Below are positions 18,757 to 30,111 of a stretch of 64,000 nt of DNA, in pieces. The notes beneath the pieces are model-generated. The model was not told the origin of the DNA and did not search any database. It saw only the letters and a list, made by a program, of their open reading frames with translations. The DNA is from an uncultured SAR86 cluster bacterium. GTDB taxonomy: Bacteria; Pseudomonadota; Gammaproteobacteria; Magnimaribacterales; D2472. A program made the position numbers and the translations under genes. The stretch spans positions 7,297-71,296 of the forward strand of contig CABXUO010000001.1 in the NCBI GenBank assembly GCA_902515455.1. The letters are read 5' to 3'. Numbering within the stretch: position 1 is the stretch's first letter; each line of letters starts with the position of its first letter.

Positions 18757-19890
18757 ATGGATCCATTTAAAAATATTAGACCATATACTGATTCTGAAGT
18801 TGCAGAAGTTCTATCATCACTTACATCTAATCATTCAGTTTTAAATGCTTTAATAGGACTTCAATTTCCAGGCATTCTTTCAAAAATTCCTTTATTAAAA
18901 TACTTTATAAAGCAAAGACTTATTTCTCGAGCAAAAAAAATTCACACAATAGATGATTATCAAAAAGTATTTAAAACATTAATGGAAAAAGTTGTAAGAG
19001 AATCCATTACAGACTTTTCTGTAAATGGACTTGAAAAGTTAAACCAAAATCATAGCTATTTATTTATCTCCAATCACCGAGATATTACATTAGACGCAGC
19101 ACTTCTTGCTCTAAATCTTTATCAATCTGGCTTTAAAACATTCAATATTGCTGTGGGAAATAATTTAATGGAAGAAAGCTGGGCCTCTGATTTATTTAGA
19201 TTAAACAAAAGCTTTATTATTCAAAGATCTGGAGCAACTAAGAAAGAAATTTATTCTGGTTTGTCCCTCGCTTCAAAATTTATCAATAAAAGTATATTTC
19301 AAGATAATGACTCAGTTTGGATTGCCCAAAAACAAGGAAGGGCTAAAGATGGAATTGATGAAACTGATCCTGCATTGTTAAAAATGATTCATTTAAGTGA
19401 GAGAAAATCAAAATCTATTGCTGATTATTTTAATTCTTTAAGTGTTGTTCCCGTATCTATCTCATATGAATTTGATCCAAATGATCAATTAAAAGCGATG
19501 GAGCTTGATGCATCTGAATTTAATAACAAATATGTCAAAGAAAAAGATGAAGATCTAAAAAGCATTGCTAATGGTATAACTGGATTTAAAGGACATGTCA
19601 CATTAAATATATCTGAGCCAATGGAATTTAAGCCTAATGATGATTATCAAGCAATCTCAAGCAAAATAACTAATTCAATATTAAAAATGTATGAACTCCA
19701 TCCAACAAATTTTGCTGCATGCAATTTACTTGGTTGGGATTGGCAAGGCCAAACAAATTTTTCAAGCAAGGAAATTAATCTAGCACAGAAAGAATTAGAT
19801 AAAAGAACTAAGCCCCTTGGAATTAGCGCACGTTCAAAGTTATTAGAGCAATACGCTAATCCAGTTATTAGAAAGCTGCAATCGCACTAG
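18757..19890 (+). CDS. PlsC-like glycerolipid acyltransferase family protein
   Basis: HX4D motif NHRDITLD and a downstream ..AQKQGRAKDG block typical of lysophospholipid acyltransferases. Confidence 0.65.
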   Translation: MDPFKNIRPYTDSEVAEVLSSLTSNHSVLNALIGLQFPGILSKIPLLKYFIKQRLISRAKKIHTIDDYQKVFKTLMEKVVRESITDFSVNGLEKLNQNHSYLFISNHRDITLDAALLALNLYQSGFKTFNIAVGNNLMEESWASDLFRLNKSFIIQRSGATKKEIYSGLSLASKFINKSIFQDNDSVWIAQKQGRAKDGIDETDPALLKMIHLSERKSKSIADYFNSLSVVPVSISYEFDPNDQLKAMELDASEFNNKYVKEKDEDLKSIANGITGFKGHVTLNISEPMEFKPNDDYQAISSKITNSILKMYELHPTNFAACNLLGWDWQGQTNFSSKEINLAQKELDKRTKPLGISARSKLLEQYANPVIRKLQSH

Positions 19891-21176
19891 CTACCGGTTA
19901 TGTAACCACTCTCATTATGTTCTGTTAAATCCAGGCCTTCATGCTCACTTTCATCACTTACTCTTAAATCTGAAACGTATGAGGTAATTTTCAAGGCAAC
20001 CCAAGAAAATATTAAAGTCCATGTACAGATGACTAAAACTCCCTGAAGCTGGATCATTAATTGTTCAAATACAGATGGATCAAATCCAGCGGCACCAGCT
20101 CCTAGAAATCCATCTGGTTTGCCTACAAAGGCAAGCATTAAAATTCCTAAAATACCTCCAACTCCATGAACAGGAAAAACATCCAATGAATCATCAATTT
20201 TAAAATAAACCTTAATCATTTGAGTCGCATAAAAACATACAAAGCCTGCTAAAAGACCTATCAGTAATGCTCCTTGAGGACCCACAGTACCAGAGGCAGG
20301 TGTAATAGTGGCTAGTCCAGCAACCATTCCAGTAGCTATGCCGACTACTGTAGGCTTACCGGTTTTGAGCCACTCAACTAACATCCAAGTTAACGCGCCA
20401 ACTGCTGCACTTATATGAGTGACTAAAATAGCCATGGCAGCATTTGAATCTGCTGCTACTGCGCTACCACCATTAAATCCAAACCACCCAACCCACAGCA
20501 TAGCAGCTCCCATAACAACCATAGGTCTATTATGAGGAATTAATGAGCCTCCCGGAAAGCCTTTCCTTGGTCCAAGCATTATTGCAGCTACAAGAGCTCC
20601 AACTCCACAAGTTGCATGAACTACTAATCCTCCTGCAAAATCTATGACACCAATGCTTCCAAGGTAACCTCCGCCCCATACCATGTGGCATGCTGGCAAA
20701 TAAACTAAAGTTACCCAAAGGATAGTAAAAATACACATAGCGCTGAACTTCATTCGTTCAGCAAAGGCACCAACAACTAAAGCTGGTGTGATAATTGCAA
20801 ATGTCATTTGGAAAACAACAAATAGGCTTTCAGGAAGAGACCCTGAAGCAGAATCTCTCATCAAATTAGCCAAGAAAAAAGCTTCAGTTCCACCAATAAT
20901 GGATCCATTACCAGTGAATGCTAGGCTGTAACCATAAACAACCCACACAACAGAAACAATGCAACAAATTGCAAAACATTGCATTAGCACTGACAAAACA
21001 TTCTGTGATCTAACAAGCCCTCCATAAAATAGTGCTAGTCCAGGAAGAGTCATAAATAAGACCAATGCAGTAGCAGTTAAAATCCAGGCAGTATCTCCAG
21101 CATTTATTTCAGCAGAAAGCACTGATGGTGAAAGAAGGGCAGTTAAGCCCATTAAACAGTAATTTAATAATTTCAT
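19887..21176 (-). CDS. amtB: ammonium transporter (AmtB type with signal peptide)
   Basis: MKLLNYCLMGLTALLSPSVLSA signal peptide, DTAWIL, and FAGGLVVH / VHGVGG conserved His motifs. ATG at 21176 is preferred over the track start at 21215 because AGGAGA lies 7 nt upstream of it and it avoids overlap with glnK. Confidence 0.9.
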   Translation of the reverse strand: MKLLNYCLMGLTALLSPSVLSAEINAGDTAWILTATALVLFMTLPGLALFYGGLVRSQNVLSVLMQCFAICCIVSVVWVVYGYSLAFTGNGSIIGGTEAFFLANLMRDSASGSLPESLFVVFQMTFAIITPALVVGAFAERMKFSAMCIFTILWVTLVYLPACHMVWGGGYLGSIGVIDFAGGLVVHATCGVGALVAAIMLGPRKGFPGGSLIPHNRPMVVMGAAMLWVGWFGFNGGSAVAADSNAAMAILVTHISAAVGALTWMLVEWLKTGKPTVVGIATGMVAGLATITPASGTVGPQGALLIGLLAGFVCFYATQMIKVYFKIDDSLDVFPVHGVGGILGILMLAFVGKPDGFLGAGAAGFDPSVFEQLMIQLQGVLVICTWTLIFSWVALKITSYVSDLRVSDESEHEGLDLTEHNESGYITGS

Positions 21177-21189
21177 TTTTTTCTCCTGA

Positions 21190-21531
<342 letters not shown>

Positions 21532-21564
21532 TTACCCCAAATAAAAATAATTCACATAACTACA

Positions 21565-21580
21565 TGCAATTATGATGCCG
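21565..21580 (-). promoter_or_regulatory. sigma-54 (-24/-12) promoter for glnK-amtB
   Basis: The minus strand reads CGGCAT-cataa-TTGCA, i.e. GG-N10-GC spacing, about 37 nt upstream of the glnK ATG. It is near-identical to the element at 23964-23980. Confidence 0.6.
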
Positions 21581-21638
21581 ATATATATAGAGGTTTTTGC
21601 TTAATTTTGATTAAACCTAGGTAGGATTAATCATTTAT

Positions 21639-21655
21639 TGCACTTATTTGATGCA
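21639..21655. promoter_or_regulatory. possible NtrC-type enhancer site
   Basis: TGCACT-tattt-GATGCA matches 10 of 12 positions of the TGCACC-N5-GGTGCA dyad and lies about 60 nt upstream of the -24 element. Confidence 0.25.
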
Positions 21656-21659
21656 AATA

Positions 21660-21685
21660 CAACCGTCAACTTATGTTGACGGTTG
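21660..21685 (-). terminator. stem-loop terminator after the upstream amt gene
   Basis: Perfect 11-bp stem CAACCGTCAAC / GTTGACGGTTG with a 4-nt loop, 12 nt past the amt stop at 21698. T/A-rich flanks on both strands. Confidence 0.6.
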
Positions 21686-21697
21686 TATTATTTAGTT

Positions 21698-22975
21698 TTA
21701 TTTAAACTCTGGGTATGCTTCTACTCCTATCTCGGAAACATCAAGCCCAGCAGATTGCTCTTCATCACTAGCACGAATCGGAGTAATCATGTTTATAACA
21801 TAAACCGCTCCAAAGCTTGCTAGAAATCCAAAGCCAGCTATTGAGATGACACCAATGAATTGATAGAGGAATGATGCATCAGCATTAGTGAAAGGTACTA
21901 CCATGACACCAAATATTCCTGCGGTACCGTGAGCAGATATAGCTCCAACCGGATCATCTACATTCATCTTGTCAAAGTAAAGTATAGATGCATAAACTAT
22001 TAGACCTCCAATAAATCCAATAATGACAGACTCACCGCCTGTTGGCGCACTTGGACCTGCTGTTATAGCAACAAGACCAGCAATAGCGCCATTTATTACC
22101 ATGGTTACATCACTTTTTCCTGTCATCACTAAACTTAGTATTAAAGCACCAAGAACTCCACCAGCTGCAGCCATATTGGTATTTAGAAATACTTGACTTA
22201 CTGCAATTGCACTTGCTTCGTCGCTGATAACTAGCTCAGATCCACCATTGAATCCAAACCAACCTAACCAGAGAATTAGAGTTCCCAATGCAGCTAATGG
22301 AATATTTGACCCTGGCATTGGGTTAATGCTTCCATCAGGCCCATATTTTCCATTTCTTGGCCCAAGTAGAGTAACAACTCCTAACGCAGCTGCAGCACCT
22401 AAAAGATGAACAGTGCCAGATCCAGCATAGTCAGAATATCCAAGTGTGCTTAGAAAACCGCCACCCCAATTCCAATAACCTTGAGTTGGGTAAATAAAAG
22501 CAGTCAAAATCACTGCAAATATAAAAAACGGAATTAATTTCATCCTTCCGGCAACAGCACCTGACACAATAGACATTGCAGTGGCTACAAAAACAACCTG
22601 AAAAAAGAAGTCAGCTTGTTGAGAGTAATCCATGCCATATGCCATACCAATCTCTTCTAGTGGCATATCAGTGCTTAAACCCCATGAGGTTCCAATCGCT
22701 GGCAAAATACCATAAACAATTGCTTCTCCTGCATCATCTAGTCCACCAGATATTGCAAATACAGCATCGGATGGATACATAAGCATAAATCCACATACTA
22801 GGTACATGACACATGCTATTGAGAATAAACCTAGGTTTTTAGTTACGATTTCAGAAACATCTTTCTTTTGAACTAATCCTGCTTCAAGCATGGTAAAACC
22901 AGCTGCCATCCACATGACAAGAGCTCCTGACATAATTGCGTAGAAAGTATCTAATGCAAATTTTACTTCATCCAT
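21698..22975 (-). CDS. amt: ammonium transporter (Amt, no signal peptide)
   Basis: N-terminal DTFYAIMSGALVMWMAAGFTMLEAG, YAGSGTVHLLG and AHGTAGIFG, the conserved Amt histidines and Phe gate region. Confidence 0.9.
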   Translation of the reverse strand: MDEVKFALDTFYAIMSGALVMWMAAGFTMLEAGLVQKKDVSEIVTKNLGLFSIACVMYLVCGFMLMYPSDAVFAISGGLDDAGEAIVYGILPAIGTSWGLSTDMPLEEIGMAYGMDYSQQADFFFQVVFVATAMSIVSGAVAGRMKLIPFFIFAVILTAFIYPTQGYWNWGGGFLSTLGYSDYAGSGTVHLLGAAAALGVVTLLGPRNGKYGPDGSINPMPGSNIPLAALGTLILWLGWFGFNGGSELVISDEASAIAVSQVFLNTNMAAAGGVLGALILSLVMTGKSDVTMVINGAIAGLVAITAGPSAPTGGESVIIGFIGGLIVYASILYFDKMNVDDPVGAISAHGTAGIFGVMVVPFTNADASFLYQFIGVISIAGFGFLASFGAVYVINMITPIRASDEEQSAGLDVSEIGVEAYPEFK

Positions 22976-22989
22976 AATAATCTCCTTAG

Positions 22990-23331
<342 letters not shown>

Positions 23332-23925
23332 TTATAGGCTTGCTGAAATTGAGAAGAAGATCCCATCTTCATCACCTGTTCCGTAACCTTCATCAGTCAT
23401 GTCATACATAGTCAGTCCACATTCGTATGAACCGCATGCGAATCCATAGCTTAAGGTAACATTATCGCTGACGTCATCGTAAGTACCATATGAGAGTGAT
23501 ACAGGGCCAATTCCATAAGAAACTTCAGTGTAATCTGGCGCTCCATCTTGACCAGAAGCAAAGAATAATCCTAAATCACCAAAAGAAAGACCTAAATAGA
23601 TTTCTTCAAAATCTAAGCCTGTTTGGTTTTCTGGATAATCAAATGCAATGTAACCAATATCAACACCTACATCGCCAAGTGAAAAACCATAGCCGGCATA
23701 GTAATCTAATTCACTTCCTGCACCATCGTTAAAATTTACATTTGATCCCCATATACCTGCATAGAAACCTCCTTCAGCTTCAAAGTCAAAGCCACCTTGA
23801 ATTGCAGGTCCATCACTTTGTGTCATTCCTCTCCAAACATAATCTGAAGTGAAAGCTACATTTGCACTTACTGCTGCAAAAGAGGGTATAGTGAGCATAC
23901 CTACTAATAATAGTAATTTTTTCAT
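23332..23925 (-). CDS. outer-membrane beta-barrel protein (TIGR02001-like family, often linked to amt/glnK)
   Basis: Signal peptide. FTSDYVWRGMTQSDGPAIQGGFDFE is characteristic of that family. Gly/Tyr-rich beta strands. 3-nt gap to glnK. Confidence 0.6.
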   Translation of the reverse strand: MKKLLLLVGMLTIPSFAAVSANVAFTSDYVWRGMTQSDGPAIQGGFDFEAEGGFYAGIWGSNVNFNDGAGSELDYYAGYGFSLGDVGVDIGYIAFDYPENQTGLDFEEIYLGLSFGDLGLFFASGQDGAPDYTEVSYGIGPVSLSYGTYDDVSDNVTLSYGFACGSYECGLTMYDMTDEGYGTGDEDGIFFSISASL

Positions 23926-23963
23926 AATTTCTCCTATATTTTTATGAACTTACATAACTAAAA

Positions 23964-23980
23964 TGCAATTATTGTGCCAA
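23964..23980 (-). promoter_or_regulatory. sigma-54 (-24/-12) promoter for the OMP-glnK-amt operon
   Basis: The minus strand reads TTGGCAC-aataa-TTGCA, an exact TGGCAC-N5-TTGCA consensus, about 38 nt upstream of the ATG at 23925. Confidence 0.7.
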
Positions 23981-24056
23981 TTATTTTTTAAGCTTTGATA
24001 CTAAACATTTTTAAAAATAGCTAGGTATAATTTCATATGATTAAAGGAGATTATCA

Positions 24057-24827
24057 ATGGAATTAAAAGATAAAGTTATAGCAATAACAGGTGGTGCGTC
24101 AGGTTTGGGTGAAGCATCAACTAGACATTTTGTATCTCAAGGATCAAAAGTAATGATTTTAGATATCAATGATGATAACGCCAAAGCTATCTGTGATGAG
24201 CTGGGCGATGAGAATGTTAAATATGTAAACACTAACATCATGGAAGAGGATCCTGTGAAAGAAGCTATGGCAAAAATTGAGAAAGATTTTGGTAAATTAC
24301 ATGTTGCAATTAACTGTGCAGGAACTGGATATGGAGCAAGAATTATAGGCAAAGATGCACCTCATCCATTGGATCATTTTAAGTTTATTATTGATTTAAA
24401 TTTAGTTGGGACATTTAACGTAATGCGCTTAGCTGCTGAACTTATGGATAAAAACGAGGCTGGTGCAGATGGTGAAAAGGGAGTAATTATAAACACCGCA
24501 TCCATAGCTGGCTACGAAGGACAGATCGGACAATCAGCCTACAGCGCATCAAAGGCTGGTGTTATTGGATTAACTCTAACTGCGGCAAGAGATCTTGCAA
24601 GACATGGAATAAGGGTTAATACCATTGCCCCTGGAATTTTTGATACTCCACTCATGAAATTGGCTCCTGAAAAAGTTAGAGATCCTTTATTAGAATCAAC
24701 TCAATTCCCTCATAGATTTGGTATCCCTTCTGAGTTTGGTAATTTGGCTGCACATATAGTTGAAAATACATACTTAAATGGTGAAACAATAAGGCTTGAT
24801 TCAGCCATGAGAATGAAGCCTAGATAA
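24057..24827 (+). CDS. SDR, type II 3-hydroxyacyl-CoA dehydrogenase-like (HSD10 type)
   Basis: TGGASGLG, NCAG, YSASKAG and a C-terminal NGETIRLDSAMRM typical of HSD17B10-like enzymes. Confidence 0.75.
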   Translation: MELKDKVIAITGGASGLGEASTRHFVSQGSKVMILDINDDNAKAICDELGDENVKYVNTNIMEEDPVKEAMAKIEKDFGKLHVAINCAGTGYGARIIGKDAPHPLDHFKFIIDLNLVGTFNVMRLAAELMDKNEAGADGEKGVIINTASIAGYEGQIGQSAYSASKAGVIGLTLTAARDLARHGIRVNTIAPGIFDTPLMKLAPEKVRDPLLESTQFPHRFGIPSEFGNLAAHIVENTYLNGETIRLDSAMRMKPR

Positions 24828-25810
24828 TGGAATATTCAGCCTATTATGTTGAGGAGAACGAAGGTTCTTATTCTGCATCAATATCAAAGCTCGACCTCAA
24901 AAAACCACAAGAAGGTTTTGTTCAAATTAAGGTATCACATTCATCACTAAATTATAAAGATGCTTTATCAGCATCTGGAAATAAAGGAGTCACAAGAAAT
25001 TACCCGTTTGTGCCAGGAATTGACGCTGTAGGAAAAATTACCGATGGTAACTCATCTGAATTTACTGACGGTGAAGATGTAATAGTCACTGGTTATGACA
25101 TGGGTATGAATACACCAGGGGGTTTTGGAGAATTTATCAATGTTCCTGCAGGATGGGTTGTTAAAAAACCAGTTAACTTAAATAATGTAGACGCAATGTC
25201 TATAGGGACAGCTGGATTAACAGCAGCAGCGAGTGTATTAAAAATTAATGAATCATCAAAAAATTCAGATCTTCCTGTTTTAGTTTCGGGAGCAACAGGA
25301 GGTGTTGGTTCGATTGCCGTTATGTTAATTTCCATGCTCGGTAAAGAGGTTTCAGCACTAACTGGTAAGTCTTCATCAGTTGATTTTCTTAAATCGATTG
25401 GAGCATCAAACATAATCATGCGGGATAATTATTTAGAAACTGATACAAAAGCTTTAGAAAAAGCATCATTTTCATCTGCAATCGATACGGTAGGAGGAAA
25501 AATATTGAGTAAAATGCTTCCTCAAATTGCCCCTCATGGAGTAGTTGCATGCTGTGGAAATGTTGCTGGTATAGAAGTTAATACAACAGTCTTTCCTTTC
25601 ATCTTGAGAGGTTTAACCTTGGCTGGTATAGATTCAGCAGAATCGCCTATAGAATTTAAAACAAGTATTTGGAACAAATTTGCAGATGAGTGGAAATTAG
25701 ATCTTTCATCAATTACAAAAATTGTTACGAAAGAAAATTTACAAGAAGAGATTGATCTTATTTTAAAAGGCGGACAACAAGGAAGAGTAGTTTTAGAACA
25801 CGGAGAATAA
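24827..25810 (+). CDS. acuI: YhdH/AcuI-type acrylyl-CoA reductase (MDR superfamily)
   Basis: [32 protein letters not shown] aligns closely with E. coli YhdH ([29 protein letters not shown]). [8 protein letters not shown] NADPH motif. Confidence 0.8.
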   Translation: [327 protein letters not shown]

Positions 25811-25812
25811 GT

Positions 25813-25944
25813 ATGTCAGATAAATATGATGAATTTTTTGAATCTCAAGAAGCAAATGATGATAGTAGGTCAGATGCAAGAGTCGCACTAATTTTGATTG
25901 CAGTATTTGTAGCAGGAATGATTTTTTGGATTTCCGGTCAGTAA
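25813..25944 (+). CDS. possible 43-aa single-TM protein (not in the ORF track)
   Basis: ATG 2 nt after the acuI stop. MSDKYDEFFESQEANDDSRSDARVALILIAVFVAGMIFWISGQ* has an acidic head and one TM helix. Ends directly abutting the trxB stop. Confidence 0.35.
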   Translation: MSDKYDEFFESQEANDDSRSDARVALILIAVFVAGMIFWISGQ

Positions 25945-26847
<903 letters not shown>

Positions 26848-26939
26848 TTATCTTTTCTCACTAAATAACTTATATCTCAATATAATATTAAAAACAGGAG
26901 ATAATCATCGCAAAAAAACAAGAGCAACCAAATCTGCGG

Positions 26940-29234
26940 ATGGGAACGCTAAAAAATGTTTTAGCATTTTTTTGTTTAGGCTCAGTTCTGTATATTTTCA
27001 TATCTCTTATTTCATATTCATCTCTCGACCCAAGTCTATCCTCTGTAAGTTCTTTGTCAGGAGATATCAAAAATCTTGGTGGACCCTTTGGAGCGTATCT
27101 TTCTGATGCCTTATTTTCAGTTATCGGAATGGGCGCATACTTATTTATAGTTGTCATATCTTTTGCAGCAGTCAAAACTCTTTTTTTCTATCATCGAACC
27201 GATAGATTGCATAAAGCTATTCAAATTGCCTCAGCAATTTTTTTAATTTCTTCGTTTTCAGCTCTATGCGAGTTTTACTATTCTGGCGACTATTTCCCTC
27301 AATCTTCATCTGGTGGATTGGTTGGCAACTTAATCTTTGTTAACTTTTCAAATGTTTTTGGTGTAGTTGGCTCGTTAATATTCATTGTAATTTTTTTTCT
27401 TGCATCAATATCTTTGACTTTTTCATTTTCATGGTTATCAGTTATTGATACCCTTGGTAAAGGCACTAAATATTGTTTCAAAGAATTTTCTTCTCAATTT
27501 ATTCGTCTTGTTAAATTTATATTTAATTCTTTAAGATTAATTGATGTATCAAAATTCAAACCAGCCAATAAAATACTACCTGAGCGCTCTGTTGAGGATG
27601 CAAAACCAAGAGAACTAAATTTGCCTAAGGCATCCAGTTCAATCCAAGAAGATTCTATATCTGATGATATTTCAAAATCATCAATTAAATCTGAACCGCA
27701 AAAAAGTGAATCTGATGCCTCATCGACTGTTTTTAAATCTAAAGATAAAAACTTAAATCAAGAAATGCCATCAACTGATCTTCTTGACAGAGTTCTTGAT
27801 GATGGTTCATCTCTTACGAAAGAACAGCTTGACGAAGTTGCAGATAGACTTGAAGTTAAACTTCAAGAATTTGGAATAGAAGCGTCTGTCGTTTCTGTAA
27901 TTCCAGGACCAGTTGTAACACGTTTTGAAATACAGCCTGCTCCAGGAACAAAAGCAAGCAAAATAACCAACATAGCTCAAGATATAGCTAGATCACTTGC
28001 TGTAATTAGTGTTCGAGTTGTTGAGGTGATACCAGGAAAGTCAGTCGTGGGAATTGAAATACCTAATACAAATAGAAAAATGGTTCGTTTAACTGAAATA
28101 CTTTCCTCTGATACATTTAATAATGCACATTCACCACTTTCAATGGCTTTAGGTCATGATATAGCTGGTAAACCTATAGTTGTAAATTTAGAAAAAATGC
28201 CACACTTATTGGTTGCTGGTACCACTGGTTCAGGTAAGTCTGTTGGATTAAATGCAATGTTGCTAAGTTTATTATTTAAATCAGATCCCGAGACTGTTCG
28301 TTTAATAATGATTGATCCTAAAATACTTGAACTTTCTGTATATGAGGGAATACCACATCTCTTAACCCCGGTTATTACCGATATGAATGATGCATCGAAT
28401 GGTTTGAGATGGTGTGTTGCTGAAATGGATAGACGTTATAAATTAATGTCTCAAATGGGAGTGAGAGGCCTTTCAGCTTTTAATCAGAAAGTAGCTGAAG
28501 CTAATGCAGCTGGTAAACCACTCTTTGATCCTTTTAAAGAGGACGAGCAGATTCCCCTTGAAGAATTACCCTCTATCGTAGTGGTAGTAGATGAGTTTGC
28601 AGACATGATTATGATTGTAGGCAAAAAAGTAGAACACCTTATTGCACGAATTGCTCAAAAGGCAAGGGCTGCTGGAATTCATTTAATTCTTGCAACTCAA
28701 AGACCGTCCGTCGATGTCATCACCGGACTAATTAAAGCAAATATTCCATCAAGAATTGCATTTCAAGTATCCTCTAAGATTGATTCAAGAACTATTCTTG
28801 ATCAAGGGGGTGCAGAGCAGCTTCTTGGCGCAGGTGACATGTTATACCTCCCAGCAGGACAGGGTGTTCCAGAACGTGTTCATGGAGCATTTGTTGGTGA
28901 TGATGAAGTTCACAGAGTTGTTGATAGTTGGAGACAAAAATCTGAGCCTAATTATTTGGATGAAATAACCTCTGATATGCAAGAAACAGGACCAATTCCA
29001 GGTTGGTCTGATACAGATAATTCAGATTTATCTGATGAAAATGATGAACTTTATGATGAAGCAGTTAGTTTTGTAATAGAATCTAGAAGAGCATCAATTT
29101 CTGCCGTTCAACGAAAATTAAGAATTGGATATAACCGTGCAGCTAGAATAATAGAAGCAATGGAAATGGCTGGACTAGTTTCTGAAATGAGCAGCAATGG
29201 TAGTCGAGAAGTTTTGGTTCCCAAGCAGCAATGA
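26940..29234 (+). CDS. ftsK: DNA translocase FtsK
   Basis: N-terminal TM domain, low-complexity linker, Walker [25 protein letters not shown], and a gamma winged helix [20 protein letters not shown]. Confidence 0.95.
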   Translation: MGTLKNVLAFFCLGSVLYIFISLISYSSLDPSLSSVSSLSGDIKNLGGPFGAYLSDALFSVIGMGAYLFIVVISFAAVKTLFFYHRTDRLHKAIQIASAIFLISSFSALCEFYYSGDYFPQSSSGGLVGNLIFVNFSNVFGVVGSLIFIVIFFLASISLTFSFSWLSVIDTLGKGTKYCFKEFSSQFIRLVKFIFNSLRLIDVSKFKPANKILPERSVEDAKPRELNLPKASSSIQEDSISDDISKSSIKSEPQKSESDASSTVFKSKDKNLNQEMPSTDLLDRVLDDGSSLTKEQLDEVADRLEVKLQEFGIEASVVSVIPGPVVTRFEIQPAPGTKASKITNIAQDIARSLAVISVRVVEVIPGKSVVGIEIPNTNRKMVRLTEILSSDTFNNAHSPLSMALGHDIAGKPIVVNLEKMPHLLVAGTTGSGKSVGLNAMLLSLLFKSDPETVRLIMIDPKILELSVYEGIPHLLTPVITDMNDASNGLRWCVAEMDRRYKLMSQMGVRGLSAFNQKVAEANAAGKPLFDPFKEDEQIPLEELPSIVVVVDEFADMIMIVGKKVEHLIARIAQKARAAGIHLILATQRPSVDVITGLIKANIPSRIAFQVSSKIDSRTILDQGGAEQLLGAGDMLYLPAGQGVPERVHGAFVGDDEVHRVVDSWRQKSEPNYLDEITSDMQETGPIPGWSDTDNSDLSDENDELYDEAVSFVIESRRASISAVQRKLRIGYNRAARIIEAMEMAGLVSEMSSNGSREVLVPKQQ

Positions 29235-29743
29235 TTGCTCGCTTAAGTTTAATTATATTTGCTATTAATTTTTCAGTTTTAGCTGGTGATGACAAAGTTT
29301 CATTATCATTACTCAATGCTGAGCTAAAAAAAAATTATGCCTTTGTTGAGAGATCTTTAAATCAGTCCGAAATGAAGATTGATAATTCTTCAGGAAAAAT
29401 ATTTTTTGATGAAACAGGAATCACAATCAATGTCCTTACTCCGTTTAAAGAAAACTATAGAATCGAGGACGGTATTATTGAGATTCATGATTTGTTTTTA
29501 GATCAAAAGCAACTCATTGATGTTGAACAAGCTAACAATTTTTTTCTTAATATTTTAATTGAAGGCATTGATGAAAATAATCCACTATATAGAGTAAATA
29601 TTGTTGATGATGACATAATAGAAATTATGTCAATTGAGCAGAATACTTTAGTAAGCTTTTTATTTTTCAAAAATAGACTTGAGCTTATTAGATACACAGA
29701 CTCCATTGGAGTAGAGCACGGAATAGAACTAAGACCGTTATGA
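29231..29743 (+). CDS. lolA: LolA-like outer-membrane lipoprotein carrier (short)
   Basis: Signal peptide and conserved ftsK-lolA synteny with ATGA coupling. Sequence similarity is judged only qualitatively. Confidence 0.5.
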   Translation: MIARLSLIIFAINFSVLAGDDKVSLSLLNAELKKNYAFVERSLNQSEMKIDNSSGKIFFDETGITINVLTPFKENYRIEDGIIEIHDLFLDQKQLIDVEQANNFFLNILIEGIDENNPLYRVNIVDDDIIEIMSIEQNTLVSFLFFKNRLELIRYTDSIGVEHGIELRPL

Positions 29744-30108
29744 TGACAAAATTTTTTTTGATAGCATTGGGTGGCTCATTAGGCGCTCCATTAAGATACC
29801 TAATTAATGATTCAATGAAAGATTTTTACTTTTTTATGCTGCCTAGTGGAATAATGCTTATTAATTTTATTGGATGTTTTTTTATTGGCATTGCAATGGC
29901 ATATATTTCTGACTTTAAATCAAATGCTTATTATTTTTTAATCGTTGGATTTCTTGGCTCTTTTACAACAATGTCAGCCTTCTCACAGCAAACAATTGAA
30001 TTGCTATACAATGGAAAAGAATTGAATGCATTAATGTATGTTGTAGCGTCAATAATTACATGCTTAGTAGGAACATTTTTAGCTTTTTCTTTGTTTAAGA
30101 CATCTTAA
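29740..30108 (+). CDS. crcB: fluoride channel CrcB/FluC
   Basis: 122 aa, 4 TM, GGSLGAPLRY and GFLGSFTTMSAF motifs. Confidence 0.85.
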   Translation: MMTKFFLIALGGSLGAPLRYLINDSMKDFYFFMLPSGIMLINFIGCFFIGIAMAYISDFKSNAYYFLIVGFLGSFTTMSAFSQQTIELLYNGKELNALMYVVASIITCLVGTFLAFSLFKTS

Positions 30109-30111
30109 AAA

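Noticed and set aside
26888-27175. 95-aa minus-strand ORF across the ftsK start
   Set aside because: It is antisense to the conserved FtsK N-terminal membrane domain and has no independent support.
29700-29745. Fluoride riboswitch expected upstream of crcB
   Set aside because: crcB overlaps the lolA-like stop (ATGA), so there is no leader and no crcB-motif sequence.
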